DNA of 64,000 nt. It comes from an uncultured Thermoanaerobaculia bacterium. GTDB lineage: Bacteria; Acidobacteriota; Thermoanaerobaculia; Thermoanaerobaculales; Sulfomarinibacteraceae. The notes under the pieces are model-generated. The model worked only from the letters and a program-made list of their open reading frames with translations. It was not told the origin of the DNA and ran no database searches. Where the stretch lies: positions 12,327 to 76,326 of the forward strand of contig CAYRFI010000004.1 in NCBI GenBank assembly GCA_964423595.1. The letters run 5' to 3'. A program made the translations under genes and the position numbers. Position 1 is the first letter of the stretch; each line of letters starts with the position of its first letter. This document shows, piece by piece, positions 54,586-62,726 of this stretch.

Positions 54586-55709
54586 TGAGGTACCGGGCCG
54601 CGCTCGGTCTCACGGTGAGTGTGCTGCTCGGGCTGGCGGCGGCTTCGTTTCCGGCCCATAGCCGGGCAGCGAACGCCGATGCGCCGGACTGCTTGGAGTG
54701 CCACACCTGCCCGGAACCTCTCCCAGATCGGCCGTGCCTGCAGCCGTGCCCGCGCCACGCCCGGGCCGCCGTCCTTTCTCCGGACCTCGGCCCCGACGTA
54801 GTGGTGCTCGGCGAGCTGGAGGACCTCTACGTGCCGGTGCGGTTCGACCACAGGACCCACGCCGTGATGGCGGGCATGTCCAACGGCTGCGACATCTGTC
54901 ACCACTACACGCCGCCTGACTTGCCGCACCCCGACTGCAAGGGCTGCCATCCCACCGATGTCGCGCATGAAGACCTCGCGCAACCGGGCCTCAGGGGCGC
55001 GTATCACCGGCGGTGCCTGAGCTGCCACAGTGAATGGGACCACGAAACCGCGTGTGGGATCTGCCACGAAAAACGCAAAGGAGGTGGGCTCGGCGGGACC
55101 GCCACGACCGTGTGCGACCACAGCCTCTACCGGCCGATGATTCTCGAGGAGCTGATCATCTTCACCACCGCCTTCGCCCCCGGTGACACGGTGCCGTTCC
55201 ACCATCGCAATCACAGCCGGCGCTACGAGCGCGACTGCACCGAGTGCCACCGCGAGCAGAGCTGTAACCGCTGCCACATCCAGGACGGCGGCGAACTCCA
55301 TCCCATGGGTCGGCCCGACGAAGTGAATCTCCACGAAACGTGTTTCGTCTGCCACCAAAGCCAGCGGTGCCGTGATTGCCACGGCCGCGACCCAGCGGAC
55401 CTCTTCTCTCACTCCGACACCGGTTGGCCTCTCGGGGTCTACCACGCCGATCTCGACTGCCGAACCTGCCACGGGCGCGGCGCCGGCATTCACAAGCTCG
55501 ACGCCCGCTGCGAGGCCTGCCACCAGGGGGGATTCCCGACCGCGAACTTCGACCACCGCGTCACCGGCGTCATCCTTGACGAGGTCCATCGGCAGGCGGA
55601 CTGCAGCGACTGCCACGCGGGCGGCTGGTCGGCCCTACCACAGTGCGACGCCTGCCACGACGACGGTCGGACCTACGACCGGAACCGGGGCTTTGTCGCG
55701 TCCTCATGA
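54585..55709 (+). CDS. Periplasmic multiheme cytochrome c, 13 CxxCH motifs (cytochrome c3-type repeats)
   Basis: I counted CLECH, CDICH, CKGCH, CLSCH, CGICH, CTECH, CNRCH, CFVCH, CRDCH, CRTCH, CEACH, CSDCH and CDACH. c3-like distal-His contexts are VRFDHRTH, VPFHHRNH and ANFDHRV. A signal peptide is present. The ATG overlaps the upstream stop (TGATG); alternative GTG 54579. Confidence 0.8.
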   Translation: MRYRAALGLTVSVLLGLAAASFPAHSRAANADAPDCLECHTCPEPLPDRPCLQPCPRHARAAVLSPDLGPDVVVLGELEDLYVPVRFDHRTHAVMAGMSNGCDICHHYTPPDLPHPDCKGCHPTDVAHEDLAQPGLRGAYHRRCLSCHSEWDHETACGICHEKRKGGGLGGTATTVCDHSLYRPMILEELIIFTTAFAPGDTVPFHHRNHSRRYERDCTECHREQSCNRCHIQDGGELHPMGRPDEVNLHETCFVCHQSQRCRDCHGRDPADLFSHSDTGWPLGVYHADLDCRTCHGRGAGIHKLDARCEACHQGGFPTANFDHRVTGVILDEVHRQADCSDCHAGGWSALPQCDACHDDGRTYDRNRGFVASS

Positions 55710-55831
55710 TTCGCCCCGCTGCGGCCGGATCCCAGGCTGAAAAGGCAGGGCGGGTGGTGGACAGCTTACGGCCACCCGCTGATTCCGACGTGAGCTCGCG
55801 TGCACAGCACGCGAGCAACCCTAGCGACGAA

Positions 55832-55914
55832 TGCCGGAGGAGGGGATCGAACCCTCACGGGATTACTCCCAGGGGATTTTAAGTCCCCAGCGTCTGCCAT
55901 TCCGCCACTCCGGC
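55832..55914 (-). tRNA. tRNA-Leu (anticodon UAA), 83 nt, long variable arm, CCA not encoded
   Basis: Hand-folded GCCGGAG-TG-GCG-GAATGGCAGA-CGC-T-GGGGA-CTTAAAA-TCCCC-TGGGAGTAATCCCGT-GAGGG-TTCGATC-CCCTC-CTCCGGC-A. All four stems pair, and the T-loop TTCGATC is present. Confidence 0.9.
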
Positions 55915-55936
55915 AGGAGACACAGCCATCATAGCC

Positions 55937-55971
55937 GGAAATCTGAATTCGGAATTCGGAATTCGGAGTGC
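55937..55971. repeat. Tandem heptamer array GGAAATC TGAATTC GGAATTC GGAATTC GGAGTGC
   Basis: Read directly. It lies between tRNA-Leu and the FAD-oxidoreductase start. The unit differs by 1 nt from the arrays at 57385-57557. Confidence 0.8.
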
Positions 55972-56003
55972 CGCCCACCCACCCGTGTGCTACAACTTCC
56001 TCG

Positions 56004-57386
56004 ATGACTGCGCAGAACGCAGAAGTCGTGATCTGCGGAGCCGGGATCGCGGGGATCTCGACAGCCTGGCGGCTGGCGGTGAAGCACGGAACTAGAAACG
56101 TCGTCCTGGTGGACTCGCGGCCGCCGATGACGCTGACCTCGGACAAGTCGACCGAGGCCTACCGCAACTGGTGGCCGGGGCCCGATGACGCGATGGTGCG
56201 GCTGATGAACCGCTCGATCGATCTCCTCGAAGAGATGGCGGAAGCGAGCGACAACCGTTTTTTGATGAACCGGCGTGGCTATCTCTACGCCACCGCCGAT
56301 CCGGAGCGAGCCGACGCGATGCACGCTGCGGGAGTACTCGCCTCCAGCTACGGAGCTGGCCCGTTGCGGGTCCACTCCGGAGGGGCGGGCGGCCCCGATT
56401 ACCTGCCAACACCGGCGGAGGGCTGGAAGGATCAACCCGACGGAGCGGATCTGATTCTCGGTGAGGGTTTACTCCGAAAGACTTTCCCCTTCCTCTCTCA
56501 GGAAACAGTGGCGGTGCTGCACGCCCGCCGCTGCGGCTGGTTCTCGGGCCAGCAGCTCGGCATGCTGCAACTCGAAGAAGCTCGGGCGGCCGGCGTCGAG
56601 GTGATCGAGGGCCGCGTCGAGTGGATTGAAACTACCGGCGGCCGCGTGTCGTCGGTCCAGATCGGCACCGGCAACGAAATCGTCTCCGTTGCTACGCCCC
56701 AGTTCGTGGTCGCCGCCGGGCCGATGCTACGAGAGGTCGGGGCCCTGCTCGGCCTCGAGCTGCCGGTCTTCTCCGAGCTTCACCTCAAGATGTCTCTCGA
56801 GGACCAGCTCGGCGTGGTGCCCCGTGACGCGCCTCTCTTGATCTGGGAGGATCCGCAGCGCCTCGGTTGGAGTGACGAGGAACGCGAGTTCGTGGCCGAG
56901 CTGGCGGACGGTGAGCTGTTGCTCGGCGAGATGCCTCCGGGAGTCCACGCGCGAATCGAGGGCGGGAGGGAAAGCCGCTACCTGCTCATCCTGTGGCCCT
57001 ACCATTTGGATCCGGTTGCGGAGAACTTCCCCCTGCCGATACCGGATCACTACGCCGAGATCTGTGTGCGCGGAATCTCGACCATGATCCCCGGGCTCGG
57101 CGCCTATGTGGAGCGGATGCCCAAACCGTGGATCGACGGCGGCTACTACACCAAGACGAAGGACAACCGCCCGCTCGCCGGTCCGCTGCCGATCGACGGG
57201 GCATTCGTTCATGGTGCGTTGTCGGGTTACGGGCTGATGGCCTCGGCGGCGACGGCGGAGATGGTCGCGCTGCACATCACCCAGGGGCAGTTGCCGGACT
57301 ACGCCGGTGCGTTCCTCCCAGCGCGGTTCGATGATCCGGAGTACCTCGCCTTGATCGAGGGATGGGATGACACCACACAGTTGTGA
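56004..57386 (+). CDS. FAD-dependent oxidoreductase (DAO/glycine-oxidase-like family)
   Basis: VVICGAGIAGISTAWRL (GxGxxG dinucleotide fold). The C-terminus is GALSGYGLMASAATAEMVA. The start is trimmed to ATG 56004. Confidence 0.7.
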   Translation: MTAQNAEVVICGAGIAGISTAWRLAVKHGTRNVVLVDSRPPMTLTSDKSTEAYRNWWPGPDDAMVRLMNRSIDLLEEMAEASDNRFLMNRRGYLYATADPERADAMHAAGVLASSYGAGPLRVHSGGAGGPDYLPTPAEGWKDQPDGADLILGEGLLRKTFPFLSQETVAVLHARRCGWFSGQQLGMLQLEEARAAGVEVIEGRVEWIETTGGRVSSVQIGTGNEIVSVATPQFVVAAGPMLREVGALLGLELPVFSELHLKMSLEDQLGVVPRDAPLLIWEDPQRLGWSDEEREFVAELADGELLLGEMPPGVHARIEGGRESRYLLILWPYHLDPVAENFPLPIPDHYAEICVRGISTMIPGLGAYVERMPKPWIDGGYYTKTKDNRPLAGPLPIDGAFVHGALSGYGLMASAATAEMVALHITQGQLPDYAGAFLPARFDDPEYLALIEGWDDTTQL

Positions 57387-57557
57387 TTTCGAATTTCGGA
57401 TTTCGTATTTCGGATTTACCCACCCACCCCTTCCAGTTACGCAGGAGGACGAGTCAGGCGCGGTCTTCGAACACAGTCGGGAACTGAAAGTGTAAAAGGA
57501 GACCGCCCGCGTGAGCCGAGCAGAAAATTCGAAATCCGAATTTCGAAATCCGAAATC
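57385..57557. repeat. Inverted heptamer arrays (left GATTTCG AATTTCG GATTTCG TATTTCG GATTTAC; right units GAAATCC / GAATTTC x5)
   Basis: The left array is 57385-57419 and starts inside the stop codon of the oxidoreductase gene. The right array is 57524-57557 and ends in the EF-G stop codon. The spacer is about 104 nt. This is a convergent junction. Confidence 0.8.
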
Positions 57558-59638
57558 TAGTCCTCGTCTTCCTCTTCGTCCTTCGCGGCCGCGGCGATGA
57601 TCTTCTCCTGCATCTGTTTCGGAACCTCGGTGTACTGGCCGAATTCCATGTGGAAGTCGCCGCGGCCCTGGGTGATCGAGCGCAGGGTCGGCGCGTAGGT
57701 CAGCATCTCGGCCAGCGGCACCGCCGCCTTGACGGTCGTCGTGCCGTCTTCCGAATCCATACCCTGGACCCGGCCGCGGCGCGAGTTGAGATCGCCCATG
57801 ACGTCACCGAGATTTTCCTCGGGTACGTAGACCTCGACCTGCATGATCGGCTCGAGCAAGGTCGCCTTGCAGTTAGCTGCGGCCTCCCGGAATGCCTTGC
57901 GACCGGCAAGCTTGAACGCCATTTCCGACGAATCCACCGCGTGCTCTTTACCATCAAGAAGTGTGATCTTGAAGTCCACCATCGGGTAACCGGCGACGAC
58001 GCCGCGCTCGGCGGCCTCCTGGATGCCCTTATCGACCGCCGGCCTGTACGTCTGCGAGATCGAACCGCCGAAGATCTTGTCGATGAACTCGTAGCCTTTG
58101 CCGGGGTTGGGCTCCATTTTGATCGAGCATTGGGCAAACTGGCCCGAGCCGCCGGTCTGCTTCTTGTGGCGGGTGGTGACCTCCGTGGACGACTTGATGG
58201 TCTCGCGATAAGGCACCTTGGGCTGATGGAGGACGACATTGACGTTGTAACGTTTCTTGAGACGGCCGACGACGACCTCGACGTGCAGCTGGCCGGCGCC
58301 GGATATCAACATTTCCTTGGTCTGCGGGTCGCGGCCGACGGTGATCGTGGGGTCCTCGTCGCGAATCTTGGCCAGCGCCGACGCCAGCTTGTTCTCGTCG
58401 CCCTTGGACTCGGCCTCGAGCGCAAAGCTGATGGCGGGCTCCGGGATACTCACAGGGGTCAGCCTGATGTTCTGTTTGGCCGCGCACAAGGTGTCGCCGG
58501 TGTGGGTTTCCTTGAGCTTGGGAAGAGCGCCGATGTCACCGGCGGCGAGCTCGGTCACATGCTCGAGGTCTTTCCCCTGAGCAATCGACATCGAGCTCAA
58601 GCGTTCCACCGAGTCGCGGGTGGAGTTGGACACGGTGGCGTCTGTGGCAACCCCGCCCGAAAACACGCGCATCAGAGTGATGTGACCGGCAAAGGGATCA
58701 GAGATCGACTTGAAGACGTAGGCAACAAATGGTGCATCGGATGACACCGCGAACTCCTGTTCCTCGCCATTCACCGTCGCCTGAACGGGGCGCCAGTCGG
58801 GGGTCGGAGCCAGGTCCACCAGCGCGTCCATCAAAGGCTGGACACCAATGTTCTTGGCCGCCGCGAGGGCGAAGACCGGGAAGAGCTCGCGCGCGGTGAT
58901 CGCCTTCTTGAGGCCACCCACAAGGGTCTTGCCATCGAGCTCACCCTCCTCGAGGTACTTCTCCATCAGCTCTTCGTCCTGCTCGGCAACCATTTCCATC
59001 AGCGCCTCTCGCGCCGACGCGACGGCATCTGCAATGTCGCCCGGGACATCAACCTCCGCGGCCTTTCCGCTCTCGTCGCGCTCCCAGGTGAACGCCTTTC
59101 CGCTGACCAGATCGACGACTCCGGAGAAGTTCGCCTCCTCACCAATCGGAAGCTGCAGCGGTGTGACCTCCCGGCCATACTTCTTCTGCAGCGTTTCGAC
59201 CACGCGCGAGTACGAGGCTCGGTCGCGATCCATGAGATTGACGGCGAAGAGGACCGGCAGGTCGAACTCTGCTGCAGATTTCCACATCTTCTCGGTCTGT
59301 ACCTCGATGCCTGCGACCGCCGAGACCATCATCAGGGCGGCGTCAGCCACCCGCAACCCTTGCAGGGCGTCGGTGGTGAAGATGCCGTAACCCGGGGTAT
59401 CAATCAGATTGACCTTGACCCCGCGGTGCTCGAAGTGGGCGACCGCCGTGTTGATGGTGATCTTGCGATCGTGCTCATCGTCGTCGAAATCTGTGGTGGT
59501 GTTGCCGTCGTCCACCTTGCACAGGCGGTTGACGGCGCCACTGTCGAAGAGCAGCGCCGAGACCAGCGAGGTCTTGCCGGTGTCGGAGTGGCCCACCACC
59601 GCTATGTTGCGGATGTTCGCGGTCGCATACACGGTCAT
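57557..59638 (-). CDS. fusA: Elongation factor G paralog (EF-G/EF-G2-like translational GTPase) with acidic C-terminal tail
   Basis: NIAVVGHSDTGKTS (G1), DTPGY (G3) and full five-domain length. It ends KDEEEDED. ATG 59638 follows GGAGGAG. Confidence 0.8.
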   Translation of the reverse strand: MTVYATANIRNIAVVGHSDTGKTSLVSALLFDSGAVNRLCKVDDGNTTTDFDDDEHDRKITINTAVAHFEHRGVKVNLIDTPGYGIFTTDALQGLRVADAALMMVSAVAGIEVQTEKMWKSAAEFDLPVLFAVNLMDRDRASYSRVVETLQKKYGREVTPLQLPIGEEANFSGVVDLVSGKAFTWERDESGKAAEVDVPGDIADAVASAREALMEMVAEQDEELMEKYLEEGELDGKTLVGGLKKAITARELFPVFALAAAKNIGVQPLMDALVDLAPTPDWRPVQATVNGEEQEFAVSSDAPFVAYVFKSISDPFAGHITLMRVFSGGVATDATVSNSTRDSVERLSSMSIAQGKDLEHVTELAAGDIGALPKLKETHTGDTLCAAKQNIRLTPVSIPEPAISFALEAESKGDENKLASALAKIRDEDPTITVGRDPQTKEMLISGAGQLHVEVVVGRLKKRYNVNVVLHQPKVPYRETIKSSTEVTTRHKKQTGGSGQFAQCSIKMEPNPGKGYEFIDKIFGGSISQTYRPAVDKGIQEAAERGVVAGYPMVDFKITLLDGKEHAVDSSEMAFKLAGRKAFREAAANCKATLLEPIMQVEVYVPEENLGDVMGDLNSRRGRVQGMDSEDGTTTVKAAVPLAEMLTYAPTLRSITQGRGDFHMEFGQYTEVPKQMQEKIIAAAAKDEEEDED

Positions 59639-59683
59639 GGAAATCTCCTCCACTCGTCGGGGGATGCCCGAAGAAAAATTAGC

Positions 59684-60592
59684 TCAGTCCTTGGCCACCG
59701 CCTGCTCGAGGTCCTCCCCGGTCAGCAGGCGATAGGCCTCGAGGTAGCGCGAGAGGGTGCCCTCGACCACCTCGGGCGGAAGGGTCGGAGCCGGCGGCTC
59801 CTTGTCCCAGCCAATGGTCTCGAGCCAGTCACGCACGTACTGCTTGTCGAAGGATGCCTGGGAGCGCCCGGGCTCGTAATCGTCGGCCGGCCAGAAGCGG
59901 GACGAATCGGGGGTTAACGCCTCGTCCATCCAGACGATGCTCCCCTCCCCGTCGAACCCAAACTCGAACTTGGTGTCGGCGATCAGAATGCCGCGCTCGC
60001 GAGCGTAGTCGGCGGCAGCCGAATAGAGCTCGAGGGTCAGGTCGCGAAGGCGAGTCGCGGTGTCGTCGCCGACGATTCCCGCCATCCGCTCGAAGCTGAT
60101 GTTCTCGTCATGACCGTCGGTGGCCTTGGTTGCCGGCGTGAATATCGGTTCGGGAAGCTTTGCGGATTCGGTCAAACCCTTCGGCAGCGCGATTCCGCAC
60201 ACCGCGCAGTCGGCCTGGTACTCCTTCCAGCCCGAACCGGCGAGGTAGCCGCGCGCGACGCATTCAACCGGGACCGGATCGAGCCGCCGCACCAACACGC
60301 TGCGGCCGGCGAGCTCGGGATGACGACGGAACGGTTCCGGGAATTCGCCAAGCTCGGTTGCAAGGAGGTGGTTGGAAACGCGGTCGGTAAAATGCCGAAA
60401 CCAGAAGGTCGAGAGTTGGGTGAGGATTTCACCGCGGCCGGGGATGCCGGGCGACAGCACGCTGTCGAAGGCGCTGATGCGGTCGGTAGCGACAAGGATC
60501 AGCGCCTCGTCGGTGGCGTAGATGTCGCGGACCTTGCCCCGACTCACCAGATGTCCAGAAGGGATGGAAGTGGTGAGCAGGGCCTCTCGCAT
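59684..60592 (-). CDS. purC: Phosphoribosylaminoimidazole-succinocarboxamide (SAICAR) synthase
   Basis: GKVRDIY, LILVATDRISAFD and ILIADTKFEFG. Confidence 0.85.
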   Translation of the reverse strand: MREALLTTSIPSGHLVSRGKVRDIYATDEALILVATDRISAFDSVLSPGIPGRGEILTQLSTFWFRHFTDRVSNHLLATELGEFPEPFRRHPELAGRSVLVRRLDPVPVECVARGYLAGSGWKEYQADCAVCGIALPKGLTESAKLPEPIFTPATKATDGHDENISFERMAGIVGDDTATRLRDLTLELYSAAADYARERGILIADTKFEFGFDGEGSIVWMDEALTPDSSRFWPADDYEPGRSQASFDKQYVRDWLETIGWDKEPPAPTLPPEVVEGTLSRYLEAYRLLTGEDLEQAVAKD

Positions 60593-60596
60593 CGCC

Positions 60597-60887
60597 TCAG
60601 GCTTCCTTGCCAGAGATCACCGCTTGGGCCTGCCGCGCCATGCGCGATTTGTAGCGGGCCGCGGTGTTGCGGTGGAACACGCCCTTGCGCCAGCCGACGT
60701 CGATGACTGACATCGTGTCGGGCAGCAGCTCCTGGACCTTCTTTGAATCGCCGTCCGCCAGGGCGGCCCGCATCAGGCGCATCTGCCGGCGCACCCGCGT
60801 GCGCACCGCACGGTTCTTCATCCGCCGCTCGAGAGACTGGCGGTGGCGTTTGCGCGCCTGTTTCTTCGTACCCTTGATCGTAGCCAT
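60597..60887 (-). CDS. rpsT: 30S ribosomal protein S20
   Basis: KKQARKRHRQSLERRMKNRAVRTRVRR... and ...VFHRNTAARYKSRMARQ. 96 aa, highly basic. Confidence 0.85.
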   Translation of the reverse strand: MATIKGTKKQARKRHRQSLERRMKNRAVRTRVRRQMRLMRAALADGDSKKVQELLPDTMSVIDVGWRKGVFHRNTAARYKSRMARQAQAVISGKEA

Positions 60888-61038
60888 CGAGTTATCTCCT
60901 TGGTCGCACGCCGCACGCAGTGCGCAGCATAAGGTCGCATATGATAGCGGAAAACACTCGATCCGGCTAGTTCAATTTGGTTTTTTGGCGCCACCGAGTA
61001 TCAGAGATCGGGGATGCCACTGAGAATCAGGAGCCACC

Positions 61039-61099
61039 CTTCGCATTGTCTCCCTCAAGGAAGAACCCGTTTCAGCCGTAAGTACCAGACAATGCGAAG
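61039..61099. repeat. 13-bp perfect inverted repeat CTTCGCATTGTCT-N35-AGACAATGCGAAG
   Basis: The arms are at 61039-61051 and 61087-61099, in the cpoB-rpsT intergenic region. No adjacent U/T tract on either strand. Confidence 0.6.
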
Positions 61100-61169
61100 A
61101 ATGGCACCTGGCGCTTCCCGCCGAGATGCGTTTCCTCGGAACGCCCTCTAGGCCTCAACACCTCAAGAA

Positions 61170-61991
61170 TTATCGGATGGTGAGCCCGAGAGAGCGGAGC
61201 TGTTCGCGGGCAAGGTCTGCTTCGCGTGTGCCGGGGTGCTCATAGACCACGTACTGGAGGTTGACCACCCCTTGACCCTGGTCGCCCATCTTGAGGTAAA
61301 TCAGTCCCATTTTCAGCTGGGCGGCGGCCGCCTTGTCCGAGGTCGGGTAATCCTCGAGGACCCGAGAAAACGTGGCGAGCGCCTCTTCGGGCATCTCCTG
61401 GGCGTCATAGCACTCACCGATCCAATAAAGCGCGTTGTCGGTCAGCTCGGTGTCGGGCCAGCGCCTCATGTATTCGGCGAATCCATCGGCCGCGAGGTTG
61501 TAATTCCCGCGCATGTAATCTTCGTATGCGGATCGGTAGAGCTCGTCTGGGCTGTTCGCAACGCCGGCGGGCATACCGCCCGACTCGGCCCCGGACGCCC
61601 CCAACCCCTCGGCGCCCGGCGCCACAGTCACCGGTGGCAGCATGACGGCACCACCCTGGGCGCTCTCCGCGGCCAGTTGCTGAGAGATGGTCTGCAGTTT
61701 ACTGGTCGTGACCTCGAGACTCGCGTACAGTGCCTCGATCTGTTCCTGCAGCTCTTCGACCTTGAGCGCGAGGTCAGCGTTCGAACGCAGGTTCTTATTG
61801 GTTATGTCCTGCATCGACTGCTCCATGCCCTGCAGGTCCGACTGGTCGATGACCTCGGTCTGCAACCGGTCGACCGAACGCTGGACGTCGGTGATCTCCC
61901 GGTGCAGCAGGGCCATGTCTTCCGAGGAACTGCAGGCGGCAAGAGGCGTCAGCAGGGCGAAGCTCGCGACGATCAGATGAAGTGGACGCAT
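61170..61991 (-). CDS. cpoB: Tol-Pal system protein CpoB/YbgF (coiled coil + TPR)
   Basis: Lipoprotein-like signal peptide, a coiled-coil region and YRSAYEDYMRGNYNLAADGFAEYMRRWPDTELTDNALYWIGECY. Confidence 0.8.
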   Translation of the reverse strand: MRPLHLIVASFALLTPLAACSSSEDMALLHREITDVQRSVDRLQTEVIDQSDLQGMEQSMQDITNKNLRSNADLALKVEELQEQIEALYASLEVTTSKLQTISQQLAAESAQGGAVMLPPVTVAPGAEGLGASGAESGGMPAGVANSPDELYRSAYEDYMRGNYNLAADGFAEYMRRWPDTELTDNALYWIGECYDAQEMPEEALATFSRVLEDYPTSDKAAAAQLKMGLIYLKMGDQGQGVVNLQYVVYEHPGTREADLAREQLRSLGLTIR

Positions 61992-62001
61992 GATTGTGCT
62001 C

Positions 62002-62577
62002 CTAGCGCGCGACGATCACGAAATGAGAACGACGGTTGAGCCTCCAGACGCTCTCGCCGCTTCCGAAAGCGAACGGACGCTCCTCGCCGTAGGAAATAAT
62101 CTGAATTCTCTGCGGAGCGATGCCGAGGAATACGAGGTAATCGCGCACCGTGCTCGCCCGGCGTTCACCGAGCGCGAGGTTGTACTCGCGGGTGTTCCGC
62201 TCGTCGCAATGGCCTTCGACGAGGATCGAGATCGTGGGGTGTTTCTGCAACCAGGCGGCGTTCTTCGCAATTGCTTCGCGAGCCGCCGGCGTCAGATCAA
62301 ACCGGTCGGTGTCAAAAAAGGCGTCCTCCAAATACCCCTGCGCGTTGAGCTGCGCGAGGTCCTCTGGAAGCTCTTCCGTCACCTCCTCTGAAACGATCGT
62401 CTCGGTGATCGGCTCATGAACGACCTGTTCACTCACCGCAGCGGCATCCGGCGTCGCCACCCGAGTGGGCTGAGGTGGTGGCGCGTCCATTTTTGGGCCA
62501 CCGCTTTTGCAGGCGCCCACATGCAGCGCCAGAAATATTACCAGGGCGGTTGTTGTTAAACGCGTCGCGTTGCGCAT
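62002..62577 (-). CDS. pal: Peptidoglycan-associated lipoprotein Pal (OmpA-like domain)
   Basis: Lipobox LHVGAC; VEGHCDERNTREYNLALGERRASTVRDYL. AAGGAGG lies before ATG 62577. Confidence 0.85.
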   Translation of the reverse strand: MRNATRLTTTALVIFLALHVGACKSGGPKMDAPPPQPTRVATPDAAAVSEQVVHEPITETIVSEEVTEELPEDLAQLNAQGYLEDAFFDTDRFDLTPAAREAIAKNAAWLQKHPTISILVEGHCDERNTREYNLALGERRASTVRDYLVFLGIAPQRIQIISYGEERPFAFGSGESVWRLNRRSHFVIVAR

Positions 62578-62726
62578 CGATGCCTCCTTAGCGGCCGTCA
62601 TGTCCTAACTCGCTTTGCGAACAGCCTGTCGGTGATGCCGTCTCCGCTGCCATCCGCGTATTGTCTGTGCAGGCCCACTCTATCAGGGCATTTCTGCACG
62701 AACAACCATCGCCGGAGACGCCGGAT

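Noticed and set aside
55738-55817. Hairpins GCGGGTGG..CCACCCGC (55750-55779) and GCTCGCGTGC-TGT-GCACGCGAGC (about 55795-55817) as terminators for tRNA-Leu or the cytochrome operon
   Set aside because: The stems are real. The nearest T tract on the minus strand is only 4 nt long and separated from the stem by 6 nt, and there is none on the plus strand. This is not convincing enough to annotate as a terminator.
3573-57557. Heptamer arrays as CRISPR arrays
   Set aside because: The units are 7 nt and directly abutting with no spacers. The arrays are 21-35 nt long, and no cas genes are present. They are not CRISPR.
55832-57560. tRNA-adjacent region as a genomic island or prophage remnant
   Set aside because: No integrase, transposase or phage genes are present, and I could not find a duplicated tRNA 3' end. 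Only the heptamer arrays bracket the single gene, and that is reported as a finding with this caveat.
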